A stretch of DNA of 34,730 bases, from contig JBJFGS010000042.1 in NCBI GenBank assembly GCA_051892935.1, positions 1 to 34,730 of the forward strand, given 5' to 3'. Positions 18,414 through 28,407 of the stretch are shown here, in pieces (position 1 is the stretch's first letter; each line of letters opens with the position of its first letter). A program made the position numbers and the translations under genes. Below the pieces are notes generated by a model. The model saw only the letters and a list, made by a program, of their open reading frames with translations. It ran no database searches and had not been told where the DNA came from. Source of the stretch: Candidatus Coprovivens sp. (GTDB lineage Bacteria; Bacillota_I; Bacilli_A; RF39; UBA660).

Positions 18414-19799
18414 ATGAAAAGAAAAACAAAATTTAAACTAATAGCAGGTGTACTAGCTAGTTCATTATTTATAAGTGGATGTAAGTTAGATTATAATTAC
18501 ATAATAAAAAGCGCAAAAGCCGATGTAAAAAAGAATCCTAATACTTCAACATCAACTCCAGATAGAATAGAGTTAGATGAGACAGACCTAAAAAATCTAG
18601 AAGAAACCTTACCTAATATAGAGATATCAATATCTGAAACGCTTAATGAACATCAAGAAGAAGCAACTCCTTCTGAAGAAACTTTAGAATCTGAAAAAAT
18701 AGAAGAACAAGAAACAATACCAATCGAGTATACATATCAATGTGATGTTACTTATATGGAAAAAGAAACAGAATTAAAAGCAGGACCAAGTAGTGTTTAT
18801 CCAACAATCAGAAAACTTGAGATAAATGAAGAAGCAATAAAAATATTCACAGCAAAAAATGGATGGGATTTAATAAAAACAAAAGACTATGTTGGTTATA
18901 TAAAAAATGAAGCAATATCTTATCAAACAGAAGAAAGAACAACTAAAGAAAAATATACATTAACAGAACAAAAAGATATAGTAGTAACCACTTCAATGCT
19001 AAATTTTAGGATGGCTCCAACAGTTGAATCAAATATTATTAAAACATTTAATATTGATACTGAACTTGAAGTAATAGCAACGGTAGATAATGGATGGCTA
19101 GCAGTTAGATATAATGGTCAAGTTGGTTTTGTTCATGGAGGATATACAATATCAATGCTTGATATAGCTAATTCATTATATCCAGAATTAGAATTAGATG
19201 AGATAGATATAAAAAAAATAGTATATTCCACTACTAGTTTAAACTTGAGATGTGGTAGCAGCACAGACTTTGAATCTCTACTTATGTTAGAAAAATACGA
19301 AACTTTAAGAGTAATTGGTGAATATGATAACTGGTATTTTGTTTTAACTAATGAAAGAAACTTTGGATTTGTAAGTAAAGAGTATACAAAAGAACTAGAT
19401 GAAAAATGTATTGTAGTAGATAAAAGTTGTCAACAATTATATTATTATCACAGAAATAAATTAATATACACTACAGAAGTAACCACAGGAAAAGACTCAA
19501 CGCCTTCCGACACCGGATTATTTAGAATTTGGCGTAAGGACGCTGACACATATTTAACTGACAACAAAACATATAATTCCCATGTTGATTACTGTTTATA
19601 TTATAATGGAGGAGAAGCAATTCATGATGCAGATTGGCGTTATACATATGAAGTTCCAAATGTTCCAGAAAGTAAAAGATTTGGAAGTGAACTATATCAT
19701 ACATATGGAAGCCATGGTTGCATAAACACTCCCCACGATATTGCTGGAAAATTATTTGAAGAATCTGAAACTGGTGATAAAGTATTAGTCCATAAATAA
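18414..19799 (+). CDS. Lipoprotein with three bacterial SH3 domains and an L,D-transpeptidase (YkuD) domain
   Basis: Lipobox-like ISGC, LNFRMAP/LNLRCG..GW...Y....GFV repeats, IVVDKSCQQL, VTTG, AIHDA..SHGCIN catalytic motif. Confidence 0.9.
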   Translation: MKRKTKFKLIAGVLASSLFISGCKLDYNYIIKSAKADVKKNPNTSTSTPDRIELDETDLKNLEETLPNIEISISETLNEHQEEATPSEETLESEKIEEQETIPIEYTYQCDVTYMEKETELKAGPSSVYPTIRKLEINEEAIKIFTAKNGWDLIKTKDYVGYIKNEAISYQTEERTTKEKYTLTEQKDIVVTTSMLNFRMAPTVESNIIKTFNIDTELEVIATVDNGWLAVRYNGQVGFVHGGYTISMLDIANSLYPELELDEIDIKKIVYSTTSLNLRCGSSTDFESLLMLEKYETLRVIGEYDNWYFVLTNERNFGFVSKEYTKELDEKCIVVDKSCQQLYYYHRNKLIYTTEVTTGKDSTPSDTGLFRIWRKDADTYLTDNKTYNSHVDYCLYYNGGEAIHDADWRYTYEVPNVPESKRFGSELYHTYGSHGCINTPHDIAGKLFEESETGDKVLVHK

Positions 19800-19821
19800 A
19801 CCCGATATATTCGGGCTTTTT
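19798..19821 (+). terminator. Terminator hairpin
   Basis: CCCGA-tatat-TCGGG plus T run. Confidence 0.65.
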
Positions 19822-19891
19822 CTTGATTAAAATTTGACAAAAAACACATTGTTTATTAGTATAAATAACTATAAAAAGGGGTTGTTTTTAT

Positions 19892-21670
19892 ATGAAAAAA
19901 AATACTAAGAATAGATTAATATCAAGTATTCTAGCCGGAATTATATTTCTAAGTGGATTATCATCCAAACCAATGAAAGCATATGCAAAAGAAATTGACT
20001 ATCCATCAACTTCACTAGATGATACATCATTTAATAATAAACCTACTTTTTTTTATAATCATAAACTGACTAAAGAAGAATTCCTAAATAATATTGAAGA
20101 TAAACAAAAAAGAAAGTATTACACACAATTATATGAACTATACGATTTTGATAAGTTTAATAGTCGTTCAGAAATACCACAATTTTTTCAAACTATATAT
20201 TCAAACAGATTCTCTTGTGGTACTATTCAAAGCGCCGGTTGTGGAATATCAAGTTTAGCTATGGTAGCATCATACTTATTTGATGAAATAATAACTCCTG
20301 ATATGATGACTATTTTCGATAGTGGTCCTAGCCCAGCATCAGCTTTCGAAAAAGCTATTAAAAAATTAAAATTAAATTGTGAAATCTATCGAGGTCAAGA
20401 AGCTACTGATAATTTGGATAAAGCATTAGATTCAGGACATCCAATAATAGCACTTATGGGTAGAAACTCTATATTTACAGAGAGAGGGCACTTTATTGTA
20501 ATTGCAGGAAAAAATTCAGAAGGAAAATACATTGTAAATGATCCTAACTTACAAAATTGTTACAATCCCCAAATGGTAGATAGATATACTAATGGCTTTA
20601 CTAAAGAAGAAATAACATTAGGATTAAATGGTATATATATTTTTGATACTAAGAAAGACTTTATAGATAAAAGAGATAAAACTATCTCAATAAAGAATGC
20701 TAGCAAAAAAGAATCAATACAATATGACTCTAATAGGTATATAGGATATACAACTCAAAGTGAACCATTAAAATCAGGTACATCAGAAAATCATAAAACA
20801 ATAACAAATTTAGAAATAAATTCCCAAATAACAAGAATATTATCAACAGGAAATGGTTGGGATTTAGTAAAGAGCAATAACTATATAGGTTATATAAAAA
20901 CAAATAACTTATCTTATACAAAAGAAATTGATAAAGAAGAATCTTCAATAACATATTATAAACAAAATGATATTGTAATTACAAATCAACAAGCCGATTT
21001 AAAAATATCCCCAACAAACTCATCAGAAACTATCATAAATATAGATGAAAAAAGTGAATTAGAAGTGCTAGCAACAACAGATTATAACTGGTTATTAGTA
21101 AGATACAATGGTCTTATAGGATATATTGCCAAAGAAAATACTATTTCACTATTAGAAAAAGCTCAACAACTATATCCTGAATTAAATCTAAATAACTTAA
21201 AAGCAATGAAAACTATTTATATAATATCAAATACAGAATTTCGAAGCGGAAATGGTGTAGAATTTCCTTCGCTTTATCAACTTGAAAGATATGAGACAAC
21301 AAGAGTTTTAGCCGAGTACAATGATTGGTATTTTGTATTAACAAATGAAAATAACTTTGGATTTATTGCTAAAAGTGATACTAAGGAAATAAAAGAAAAA
21401 GAAATAATAATAGATAAAAGTAGTAATAAGTTATATTATTACATAGATGGCGAAAGAGCATATACAATACCAGCAAATAATATTAAAAAGATTATATCTC
21501 CTCAAAATGGTTTTTATAGTATATTAGGCAAAAAAAGAGATTTAGTTTTATTTGATCAGCAAATAGGATGGCATAGTATATTTGATAATAGTAATTCAAA
21601 ATTAAATTCTTTTGCAAGAATAATATATAATGATATACAAACAGATGAAAGAGTTTTAATTCATAAATGA
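19892..21670 (+). CDS. Secreted protein: C39-like cysteine peptidase, three SH3 domains, inactive YkuD remnant
   Basis: Signal peptide ending AYA. PQFFQ..GCGISSLAMV, GHFIVI, VNDP catalytic set. C-terminal part colinear with 18414-19799 but lacks SHGC. Confidence 0.85.
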   Translation: MKKNTKNRLISSILAGIIFLSGLSSKPMKAYAKEIDYPSTSLDDTSFNNKPTFFYNHKLTKEEFLNNIEDKQKRKYYTQLYELYDFDKFNSRSEIPQFFQTIYSNRFSCGTIQSAGCGISSLAMVASYLFDEIITPDMMTIFDSGPSPASAFEKAIKKLKLNCEIYRGQEATDNLDKALDSGHPIIALMGRNSIFTERGHFIVIAGKNSEGKYIVNDPNLQNCYNPQMVDRYTNGFTKEEITLGLNGIYIFDTKKDFIDKRDKTISIKNASKKESIQYDSNRYIGYTTQSEPLKSGTSENHKTITNLEINSQITRILSTGNGWDLVKSNNYIGYIKTNNLSYTKEIDKEESSITYYKQNDIVITNQQADLKISPTNSSETIINIDEKSELEVLATTDYNWLLVRYNGLIGYIAKENTISLLEKAQQLYPELNLNNLKAMKTIYIISNTEFRSGNGVEFPSLYQLERYETTRVLAEYNDWYFVLTNENNFGFIAKSDTKEIKEKEIIIDKSSNKLYYYIDGERAYTIPANNIKKIISPQNGFYSILGKKRDLVLFDQQIGWHSIFDNSNSKLNSFARIIYNDIQTDERVLIHK

Positions 21671-21694
21671 AAAGTACTTATTTAAGTACTTTTT
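21670..21694 (+). terminator. Terminator hairpin
   Basis: AAAAGTACTTA-tt-TAAGTACTTTT. Confidence 0.65.
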
Positions 21695-21804
21695 TCTATT
21701 ATATATACACTTCTTTAACGATAATATAACTAAATAAATATAAATTACAATATCAAATGATATAATTTATTTAGGAATATTATAATTCTACTATAGGAGG
21801 ATAT

Positions 21805-23166
21805 ATGTTAGAAAAAGTATTTAAATTAAAAGAAAACAAAACAACAATATTAACAGAATTTATCGCTGGATTAACAACATTTATGGCTATTTCTTATATA
21901 ATTTTTATTAATCCATCGATATTATCTCAAACAGGAATGGACTACAATTCAGTATACGTAGCAACAATACTAGCCTCAGCACTAGGAACATTTTTAATTG
22001 GAATTATTGCAAATGTTCCTTATGTTCAAAGTGCAGGTTTAGGTTTAAATGCACTATTTACTTATACAATATGTGGAACATTGGGATTTACTTGGCAACA
22101 AGGTTTAGCTATGGTTTTTATATGCGGCATAATAAATGTTCTAATTACTATTACAAGTGTCAGAAAAAAAGTGATTAAAGCTATACCAGAGTTTATGCAA
22201 GATGCAATAACTGTAGGTATAGGATTATTTATTACATATATCGGTTTAAAAAGTGCTGGTATTCTAGAGTTTTCCGTTTCTAATTTAAACAACGGAATAG
22301 CATCAGCTCAAGATGTAGTTCCTCAATTATCAACGTTTAATAATTCCACAGTTATAGTTTCTTTAATAGGGCTAATAATAACAGCAATTCTATTATCTAA
22401 AAAAGTAAAAAATTCTTATCTTATATCAATAGTATTAACAACAATAGTTGGGTTATTATTCGGAATAACAAAATTACCAGATTTTTCAAACTATACTTTA
22501 ATACCATCAATAAGTCCAACCTTCTTACAATTAGATTTTAAAGGCTTATTAACGGCTAAAGCTGGATTAGTGACAATATTTATGACAATATTTACTTTAG
22601 TAATATCAGATTTATTTGATACAATAGGAACCTTTATAGGAACAGGTAAAAAATCAGGAATATTTAAAATAGATAAAGATGGAAATATGCCAAAAAACTT
22701 AGAAAAAGCCTTAGTATGTGACTCATCTACAACCATAGTAGGTGCCTTACTAGGAACAAGTAATGTAACGACATATGTTGAAAGTAGCGTAGGAATCGAA
22801 GCAGGTGGTAGAACAGGTTTAACTGCCGTATCAGCTGCAATATGCTTTATACTATCACTATTCCTAGCTCCGATAGTTGCCTGTGTACCAATGGCAGCAA
22901 TTGCTCCAGTACTAATATTTGTAGGATTATCTATGATAGAAAATGTTATTAAAATAGATTGGAAAGATATTTTAGTTGCTATTCCAGCATTCTTCATTAT
23001 TATAATGATGCCTCTTTCATATTCTATAACAACAGGTATTCAATTCGGATTTATCTTCTATATAATAGTATATCTTGTAAATAGTAAAGGAAAAGAAGTA
23101 TCACCAATTATTTATATATTTACTATATTATTTATTTTAGATTTTATATATAAAGCACTTTATTAA
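21805..23166 (+). CDS. NCS2/AzgA-family purine permease
   Basis: EFIAGLTTF, GLGLNALF, VGIGLFI..IGL, DLFDTIGT, TTYVESSVG..AGGRTGLTA, PLSYSITTGI. Confidence 0.93.
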   Translation: MLEKVFKLKENKTTILTEFIAGLTTFMAISYIIFINPSILSQTGMDYNSVYVATILASALGTFLIGIIANVPYVQSAGLGLNALFTYTICGTLGFTWQQGLAMVFICGIINVLITITSVRKKVIKAIPEFMQDAITVGIGLFITYIGLKSAGILEFSVSNLNNGIASAQDVVPQLSTFNNSTVIVSLIGLIITAILLSKKVKNSYLISIVLTTIVGLLFGITKLPDFSNYTLIPSISPTFLQLDFKGLLTAKAGLVTIFMTIFTLVISDLFDTIGTFIGTGKKSGIFKIDKDGNMPKNLEKALVCDSSTTIVGALLGTSNVTTYVESSVGIEAGGRTGLTAVSAAICFILSLFLAPIVACVPMAAIAPVLIFVGLSMIENVIKIDWKDILVAIPAFFIIIMMPLSYSITTGIQFGFIFYIIVYLVNSKGKEVSPIIYIFTILFILDFIYKALY

Positions 23167-23177
23167 AGGAGAAAAAT

Positions 23178-24854
23178 ATGAAATATGATTTAGTATTAAA
23201 AGATATAACATATCTTGATGTAGTAGAAAAAAGATTAAAAAAAGCAGATATAGCCATCAAAGATAATTTGATTGCTGAAATTGGTGAAAACTTATATGGT
23301 GAAACCATAAAATTATGCACAAATAAATACTTAGTACCGGGATTTATTGACAGCCATATTCATTTAGAAAGTAGTATCATTAGTCCACCTGATTTCGCCA
23401 AGATGGTTGCTCCTCATGGAACAACAGCAGTTATAACAGATCCACACGAAATTGCCAATGTTTGCGGAATAGATGGAATAAGATGGATTATTGAAAAAAC
23501 TAATAATCTTCCTATAGATGTGTATATAATGATCCCATCATGTGTACCAGCTTCTTCATTTGATGAATCAGCTTATTCTTTAGACAGTAAAAGTATCAAA
23601 GAATGCTACAATCTTAATACAAATGGTAAAATTTTAGGTTTAGCAGAAATGATGAACTATCCAGGAGTTATTAACAATGATAAAGAAGTATATGAAAAAA
23701 TAAAAATTACCAAAGAAAAAAATCTCATCATAGATGGACACGCTCCGGGAGTATTAGGTAAAGACTTCGAAAAATACATTAGTGCAGGCATAGAATCAGA
23801 CCATGAATGTCGAACTTTATCTGAAGCCAAAGAAAAACTAGATATTGCCAAAAAATTAAATAAAAGATTTTATATTATGATTCGCCAAGGAACAGCCGCT
23901 AAAAATTTAGAAGCATTATATGAATTAATTAATATTCCTGAATATAAAGAATATATTACATTTGCAACAGATGATAAACATCCCGAAGAAATATACGAAG
24001 ATGGACATATAGATTCAATAATTAGGAAAGCTATAAAACTAGGAGCTTCTCCGATAGATACGTACATAACAGCATCATATAATGCTGCAAAATATTTTAA
24101 ACTTAATGACATAGGAATAATTGAAAAAGGTAAAAAAGCAAACTTAGTAATTCTAAGTAATCTAGAAAATTGCACTATAGAAAGTGTATATAAAGAAGGA
24201 AAACTTCTTACAGAAAATATAATTGATAATTGGCCAATACCTCAAGTATCTAAAGAATTAGATTCTAAAGTAAGAAATAGTATAAAAATGTCTCCAGTTA
24301 CTAAAGAAAACTTTATTTGTAAAGGAATACCAAAAAAAGTAATTGGTTTAGTTCCTGGAGAACTAGTAACTACTGATGAAGGAACTTCAACAGATTATAA
24401 TATTGATAAAGATATAATAAAAATAGTAGTTATTGAACCACACATAGGAACAATGCATACAGGAATATGTTATTTAAAAGGTCTAGGGTTAAAAAGTGGA
24501 GCAATAGGTACCACAGTTGCTCATGATTCTCACTATTGTATAATAGCAGGAACTAACGACGAAGATATAGCTTTAGTAGCCAATGAAATAAGAAAAATGC
24601 ATGGAGGAAAAATAGTAGTCAGAGACGGAAAGGTATTGGAAAGTCTTCCATTACCTATAGCAAACCTTATGACAGAAGAAAATCCATTAAAAGTAGTAGA
24701 AATAATGAATAAAATGAAAAAATGTATAAACATCGAAAACCCTAACATTGATCCTTTTATGAACTTATCATTTGTAAGTTTAGCTGTTATAGGAGACATA
24801 AGATTATTACCTGGTGGAGTATTTAACAATAAAAAATGGTGTTTTGAAAAATAA
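23178..24854 (+). CDS. ade: Adenine deaminase
   Basis: PGFIDSHIHLESS, DPHEIANV, GLAEMMN, DGHAPG, SDHE, TDDKHP, AHDSH. Confidence 0.93.
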   Translation: MKYDLVLKDITYLDVVEKRLKKADIAIKDNLIAEIGENLYGETIKLCTNKYLVPGFIDSHIHLESSIISPPDFAKMVAPHGTTAVITDPHEIANVCGIDGIRWIIEKTNNLPIDVYIMIPSCVPASSFDESAYSLDSKSIKECYNLNTNGKILGLAEMMNYPGVINNDKEVYEKIKITKEKNLIIDGHAPGVLGKDFEKYISAGIESDHECRTLSEAKEKLDIAKKLNKRFYIMIRQGTAAKNLEALYELINIPEYKEYITFATDDKHPEEIYEDGHIDSIIRKAIKLGASPIDTYITASYNAAKYFKLNDIGIIEKGKKANLVILSNLENCTIESVYKEGKLLTENIIDNWPIPQVSKELDSKVRNSIKMSPVTKENFICKGIPKKVIGLVPGELVTTDEGTSTDYNIDKDIIKIVVIEPHIGTMHTGICYLKGLGLKSGAIGTTVAHDSHYCIIAGTNDEDIALVANEIRKMHGGKIVVRDGKVLESLPLPIANLMTEENPLKVVEIMNKMKKCINIENPNIDPFMNLSFVSLAVIGDIRLLPGGVFNNKKWCFEK

Positions 24855-24881
24855 ACCAATAAATAGAAAGGTGTAATAATA

Positions 24882-25136
24882 ATGTTCAAAGAATTTACAG
24901 AATTTCCAAATCCAGAGAAAAAAGACTATGATATAGCATCATCTAAAGATATGGGAGAAATTAATCAATACCTTTTAGAAATAGTTGACCTAGTAGGTTT
25001 CTTAGAAGATGGAGAATGGGGAAAATATGGAATAACTGAAGAAGAATATATGCATCCTACAGAAGAAACAGTAAATAAAATAAGATCATATCTAAATAAT
25101 ACTATTCAAATAAGTCATTCCCCAATAAAGAAGTAA
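24882..25136 (+). CDS. Small acidic hypothetical protein
   Basis: RBS AAAGGTG, 84-aa ORF. Confidence 0.7.
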   Translation: MFKEFTEFPNPEKKDYDIASSKDMGEINQYLLEIVDLVGFLEDGEWGKYGITEEEYMHPTEETVNKIRSYLNNTIQISHSPIKK

Positions 25137-25191
25137 TCTTGTATTATTTCTTTTTTTATGCTAGTATAACAACCTATATAGGGGGATTACT

Positions 25192-25920
25192 ATGGGGTTG
25201 ATAAAAGACAATAGTTATATAGAAAAAATAGGTATAAAAGAAGTACTATTCACTACAAGACTAGATAATACTATATACTTATTAAATAATGGAAAAAAAT
25301 ATAAAAGATTCAATGAATCATTTAATGATTTAAGTGATAGTATAAATGTTTCTTTTAAAAAAAACTTAATACAACAAACGGATTATTATTCAGATGATTT
25401 AATATCGTTCCCTGAAATGGTAATATCTGATGAACATACTTTATATGGTATTGTTAGTGATTATGAAAAAGGTACACCTCTATCAAAAATAGATCCACTA
25501 ACAGAAATAGATCAACTAATACATATAATAGAAACATTAGAAAAAGGAACAATAAATATCTCAGATAAAGGTTGGAACTTAGAAGATTTACATGAAGATA
25601 ACATTATTATAAATGGAGATTCATCAGATAAACCAGTTCGTATAATAGATACAGATTTTTACCTTTTACAGATACAAAGAGATAGATTAGAATTATATCG
25701 TAATAATATGAAAAAAATATTTGCTTCAGTAATAAACACAGTATTACCAAGAATATTCATATCAAGTATATTAGAAGATAAAGAAATAAAAAGAAGCTAT
25801 CTTCTTGCATGTAATGGTTTAATAAAATGTAGTGAATTTCTTAAAACATTATTAGTAAAACTAAAAATGACATATTTAAAAGGACAAAACATTAAAACAC
25901 TACAAAAAACAATTAAATGA
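25192..25920 (+). CDS. Protein-kinase-like fold protein
   Basis: FP..V.......GIVSDY.KG hinge, DLHEDNIII catalytic loop, IIDTD metal-binding loop. No glycine-rich loop visible. Confidence 0.7.
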   Translation: MGLIKDNSYIEKIGIKEVLFTTRLDNTIYLLNNGKKYKRFNESFNDLSDSINVSFKKNLIQQTDYYSDDLISFPEMVISDEHTLYGIVSDYEKGTPLSKIDPLTEIDQLIHIIETLEKGTINISDKGWNLEDLHEDNIIINGDSSDKPVRIIDTDFYLLQIQRDRLELYRNNMKKIFASVINTVLPRIFISSILEDKEIKRSYLLACNGLIKCSEFLKTLLVKLKMTYLKGQNIKTLQKTIK

Positions 25921-25947
25921 ATGTGATATAATAAATGTGGTGATAAT

Positions 25948-27046
25948 ATGGAAATAAAAGAAATAAAAGCAAAAATAACAGAACTAGAAGAAAGACTAAA
26001 TATAATAAGGAGGTCTCTTTGACATAGATTCTAAATCTTCTGAAATAAGTTATATTGAAGAAAAAATGAATCAACCAGGATTTTGGGATAATATTGAAGA
26101 AGCAAATAAACTTAATAAGCAATTAACATTACTTAAGAAAGAAACAAGTGAATATAATAGAATAAATAAAGAAATAATAAGTAATAAAGAAATATTAGAA
26201 TTAATAGAATTAGAATATTCAGAAGAATTATTAAAAGAAATAGAATGTTCTTTAGTAGAATTGTCAAATAACATAGATGAATTAGAAATCAACACACTGT
26301 TGAGTGGTGAATATGATAATAACGACTGTTTTTTAGAAATTCATCCAGGAGCTGGAGGTACCGAATCATGCGATTGGGCCAGTATGCTACAAAGAATGTA
26401 TCAAAGATTTTGTGATAAAAATAATTTTACATATCAAATAATAGAACAGCAAGCAGGAGAAGAAGCCGGAATAAAGTCTGTTACACTTCACATAAAAGGA
26501 AATTATGCATATGGATATTTAAAATGTGAAAAAGGAGTCCATCGCTTAGTAAGAATATCTCCATTTGATTCAAATAAAAGAAGACATACATCATTTGCAT
26601 CAGTTTCCGTTGTACCAGAAATAGACCAAAGCATCAATATAGAAATAAAAGATGAAGATATTAGAATAGACACATACTGTGCTAGCGGACATGGCGGTCA
26701 AGGAGTAAATACAACTCCATCAGCAGTTCGTATAACCCATTTTCCAAGCAAAATAGTGGTAACATGTCAAAATGAACGAAGTCAAATCCAAAATAAAGAA
26801 CAAGCCATGAAAGTCTTAAAAAGTAAACTATTTGCTCTTGAAGAAGAACGAAAACAACAAGAAATAAATAAATTAAAAGGTATAAATACAGGTATAGACT
26901 TTGGTAGCCAAATTAGAAGTTATGTTCTAGAACCATACACTTTAGTGAAAGACAATCGAAGTAACTTTGAAATGAATGATGCTGAAAAAGTACTTGATGG
27001 AGATATAAAACCATTCATTGAATCAATATTAAAAATGAAACAATAG
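25948..27046 (+). CDS. prfB: Peptide chain release factor 2, programmed +1 frameshift
   Basis: ATG 25948, then AGG AGG TCT CTT TGA C (26008-26023) shifting into the frame of ORF 26066. GAGGTES, SPF and GGQ motifs. Confidence 0.97.
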
Positions 27047-27053
27047 AGGTGAA

Positions 27054-28376
27054 ATGATGAAAGAAACAATTGCTTATTTAAATAGCCTTCTTGAAGATAA
27101 CGATACTATTGTTATAGGTTTATCAGGTGGACCTGATTCTATGTGTTTACTAAATATAATAGAAAATTTAAATAAAAAAATAAAAATAATATGTGCACAT
27201 GTAAATCATAATATACGAGAAGAAAGTAAAGATGAACTATTATTTATAAAAGAATATTGTGCTCAAAAAGAACTAATTATCGAAACAACAACATTTGAAA
27301 AAAAATCCTTACATCAAGACTATAACGAGCTAGAATTAAGAGAAAAAAGATATGCATTCTTCGAAAAAATAATAAATAAATATAAAGCTAAATACTTATT
27401 TACAGCTCATCATGGAGATGATTTAATAGAAACTATTTTAATGCGTATAACCCGTGGTTCAAATTTAAAAGGATATACCGGTTTTCAAATAGAAACAACT
27501 AAAAATAATTACAAGGTAATTAAACCACTAGTCTTTATGACTAAAGATGATATTAATACATATAATAATGAAAATAATATTCCTTTTGTAACAGATAAAA
27601 CAAATAATGAAGATAAATATACTAGAAATAGATATCGCCACAATATTTTACATTTTTTAAAAAAAGAAAATAAGAATATCCACTTAAAATATTTAAAATT
27701 CAGTCGTGAATTACAAAAATACTATAATTATGTAGAAAAAGTAGTTACAAGAGAAATAAGTAACCGATATAATAAAAATACATTAGATATAAAAGATTTC
27801 ACTGGATTAGATAAACTTATTCAAGAAAAAATAATTGAATATATATTAGACGATAATTATATAAACAATTTATATTTAGTAAATGATAAACATACTAATT
27901 TAATTTTAAATATAATAGCAAATCCAAAACCAAATATAGAAATAAATCTACCTGATAATTTAAAAATAACTAAGACATATGATAAATTAAAAATTACACG
28001 TAACAAAAAAATAAATCAAGAATATAGATTACCAATTGTAGAAGAAACAAATTTACCAAATGGGAAAAAAATATGCATAATAAAAGAAACAGACAAAAAT
28101 AGTAATGATTATATAAGACTAAATAGCAAAGAAATAAAATTACCATTATATGTAAGAAATCGTAAAACAGGTGATAAAATACATATAAAGAATATGGAAT
28201 CACCCAAAAAAATAAAGGATATTTTCATAAATAGCAAGCTTTCTAAAGAAGAAAGAGATAATTGGCCAATCGTTACAGATAGCAAAGGTGTGATTGTTTG
28301 GATTCCAGGATTAAAAAAATCTAAATTTGATAAAGCAAAGGATGAAAACTATGATATAATATTATGGTATAATTAA
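27054..28376 (+). CDS. tilS: tRNA(Ile)-lysidine synthetase
   Basis: SGGPDS, HVNHNIR, TAHHGDD..ET, D.TN....YTRNRYR, C-terminal KKIKDIFIN.K. Confidence 0.95.
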   Translation: MMKETIAYLNSLLEDNDTIVIGLSGGPDSMCLLNIIENLNKKIKIICAHVNHNIREESKDELLFIKEYCAQKELIIETTTFEKKSLHQDYNELELREKRYAFFEKIINKYKAKYLFTAHHGDDLIETILMRITRGSNLKGYTGFQIETTKNNYKVIKPLVFMTKDDINTYNNENNIPFVTDKTNNEDKYTRNRYRHNILHFLKKENKNIHLKYLKFSRELQKYYNYVEKVVTREISNRYNKNTLDIKDFTGLDKLIQEKIIEYILDDNYINNLYLVNDKHTNLILNIIANPKPNIEINLPDNLKITKTYDKLKITRNKKINQEYRLPIVEETNLPNGKKICIIKETDKNSNDYIRLNSKEIKLPLYVRNRKTGDKIHIKNMESPKKIKDIFINSKLSKEERDNWPIVTDSKGVIVWIPGLKKSKFDKAKDENYDIILWYN

Positions 28377-28407
28377 ATTTATGAAAATTTTTAGAGGGAG
28401 AAACAGA

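Noticed and set aside
14741-25947. Whole secA-prfB interval as one prophage or ICE
   Set aside because: No phage structural, conjugation or integrase genes and no right att site; genes are separately promoted and terminated
27990-28005. parS site (TTACACGTAACA)
   Set aside because: Does not match the 16-bp TGTTNCACGTGAAACA palindrome; I saw no convincing parS in the window
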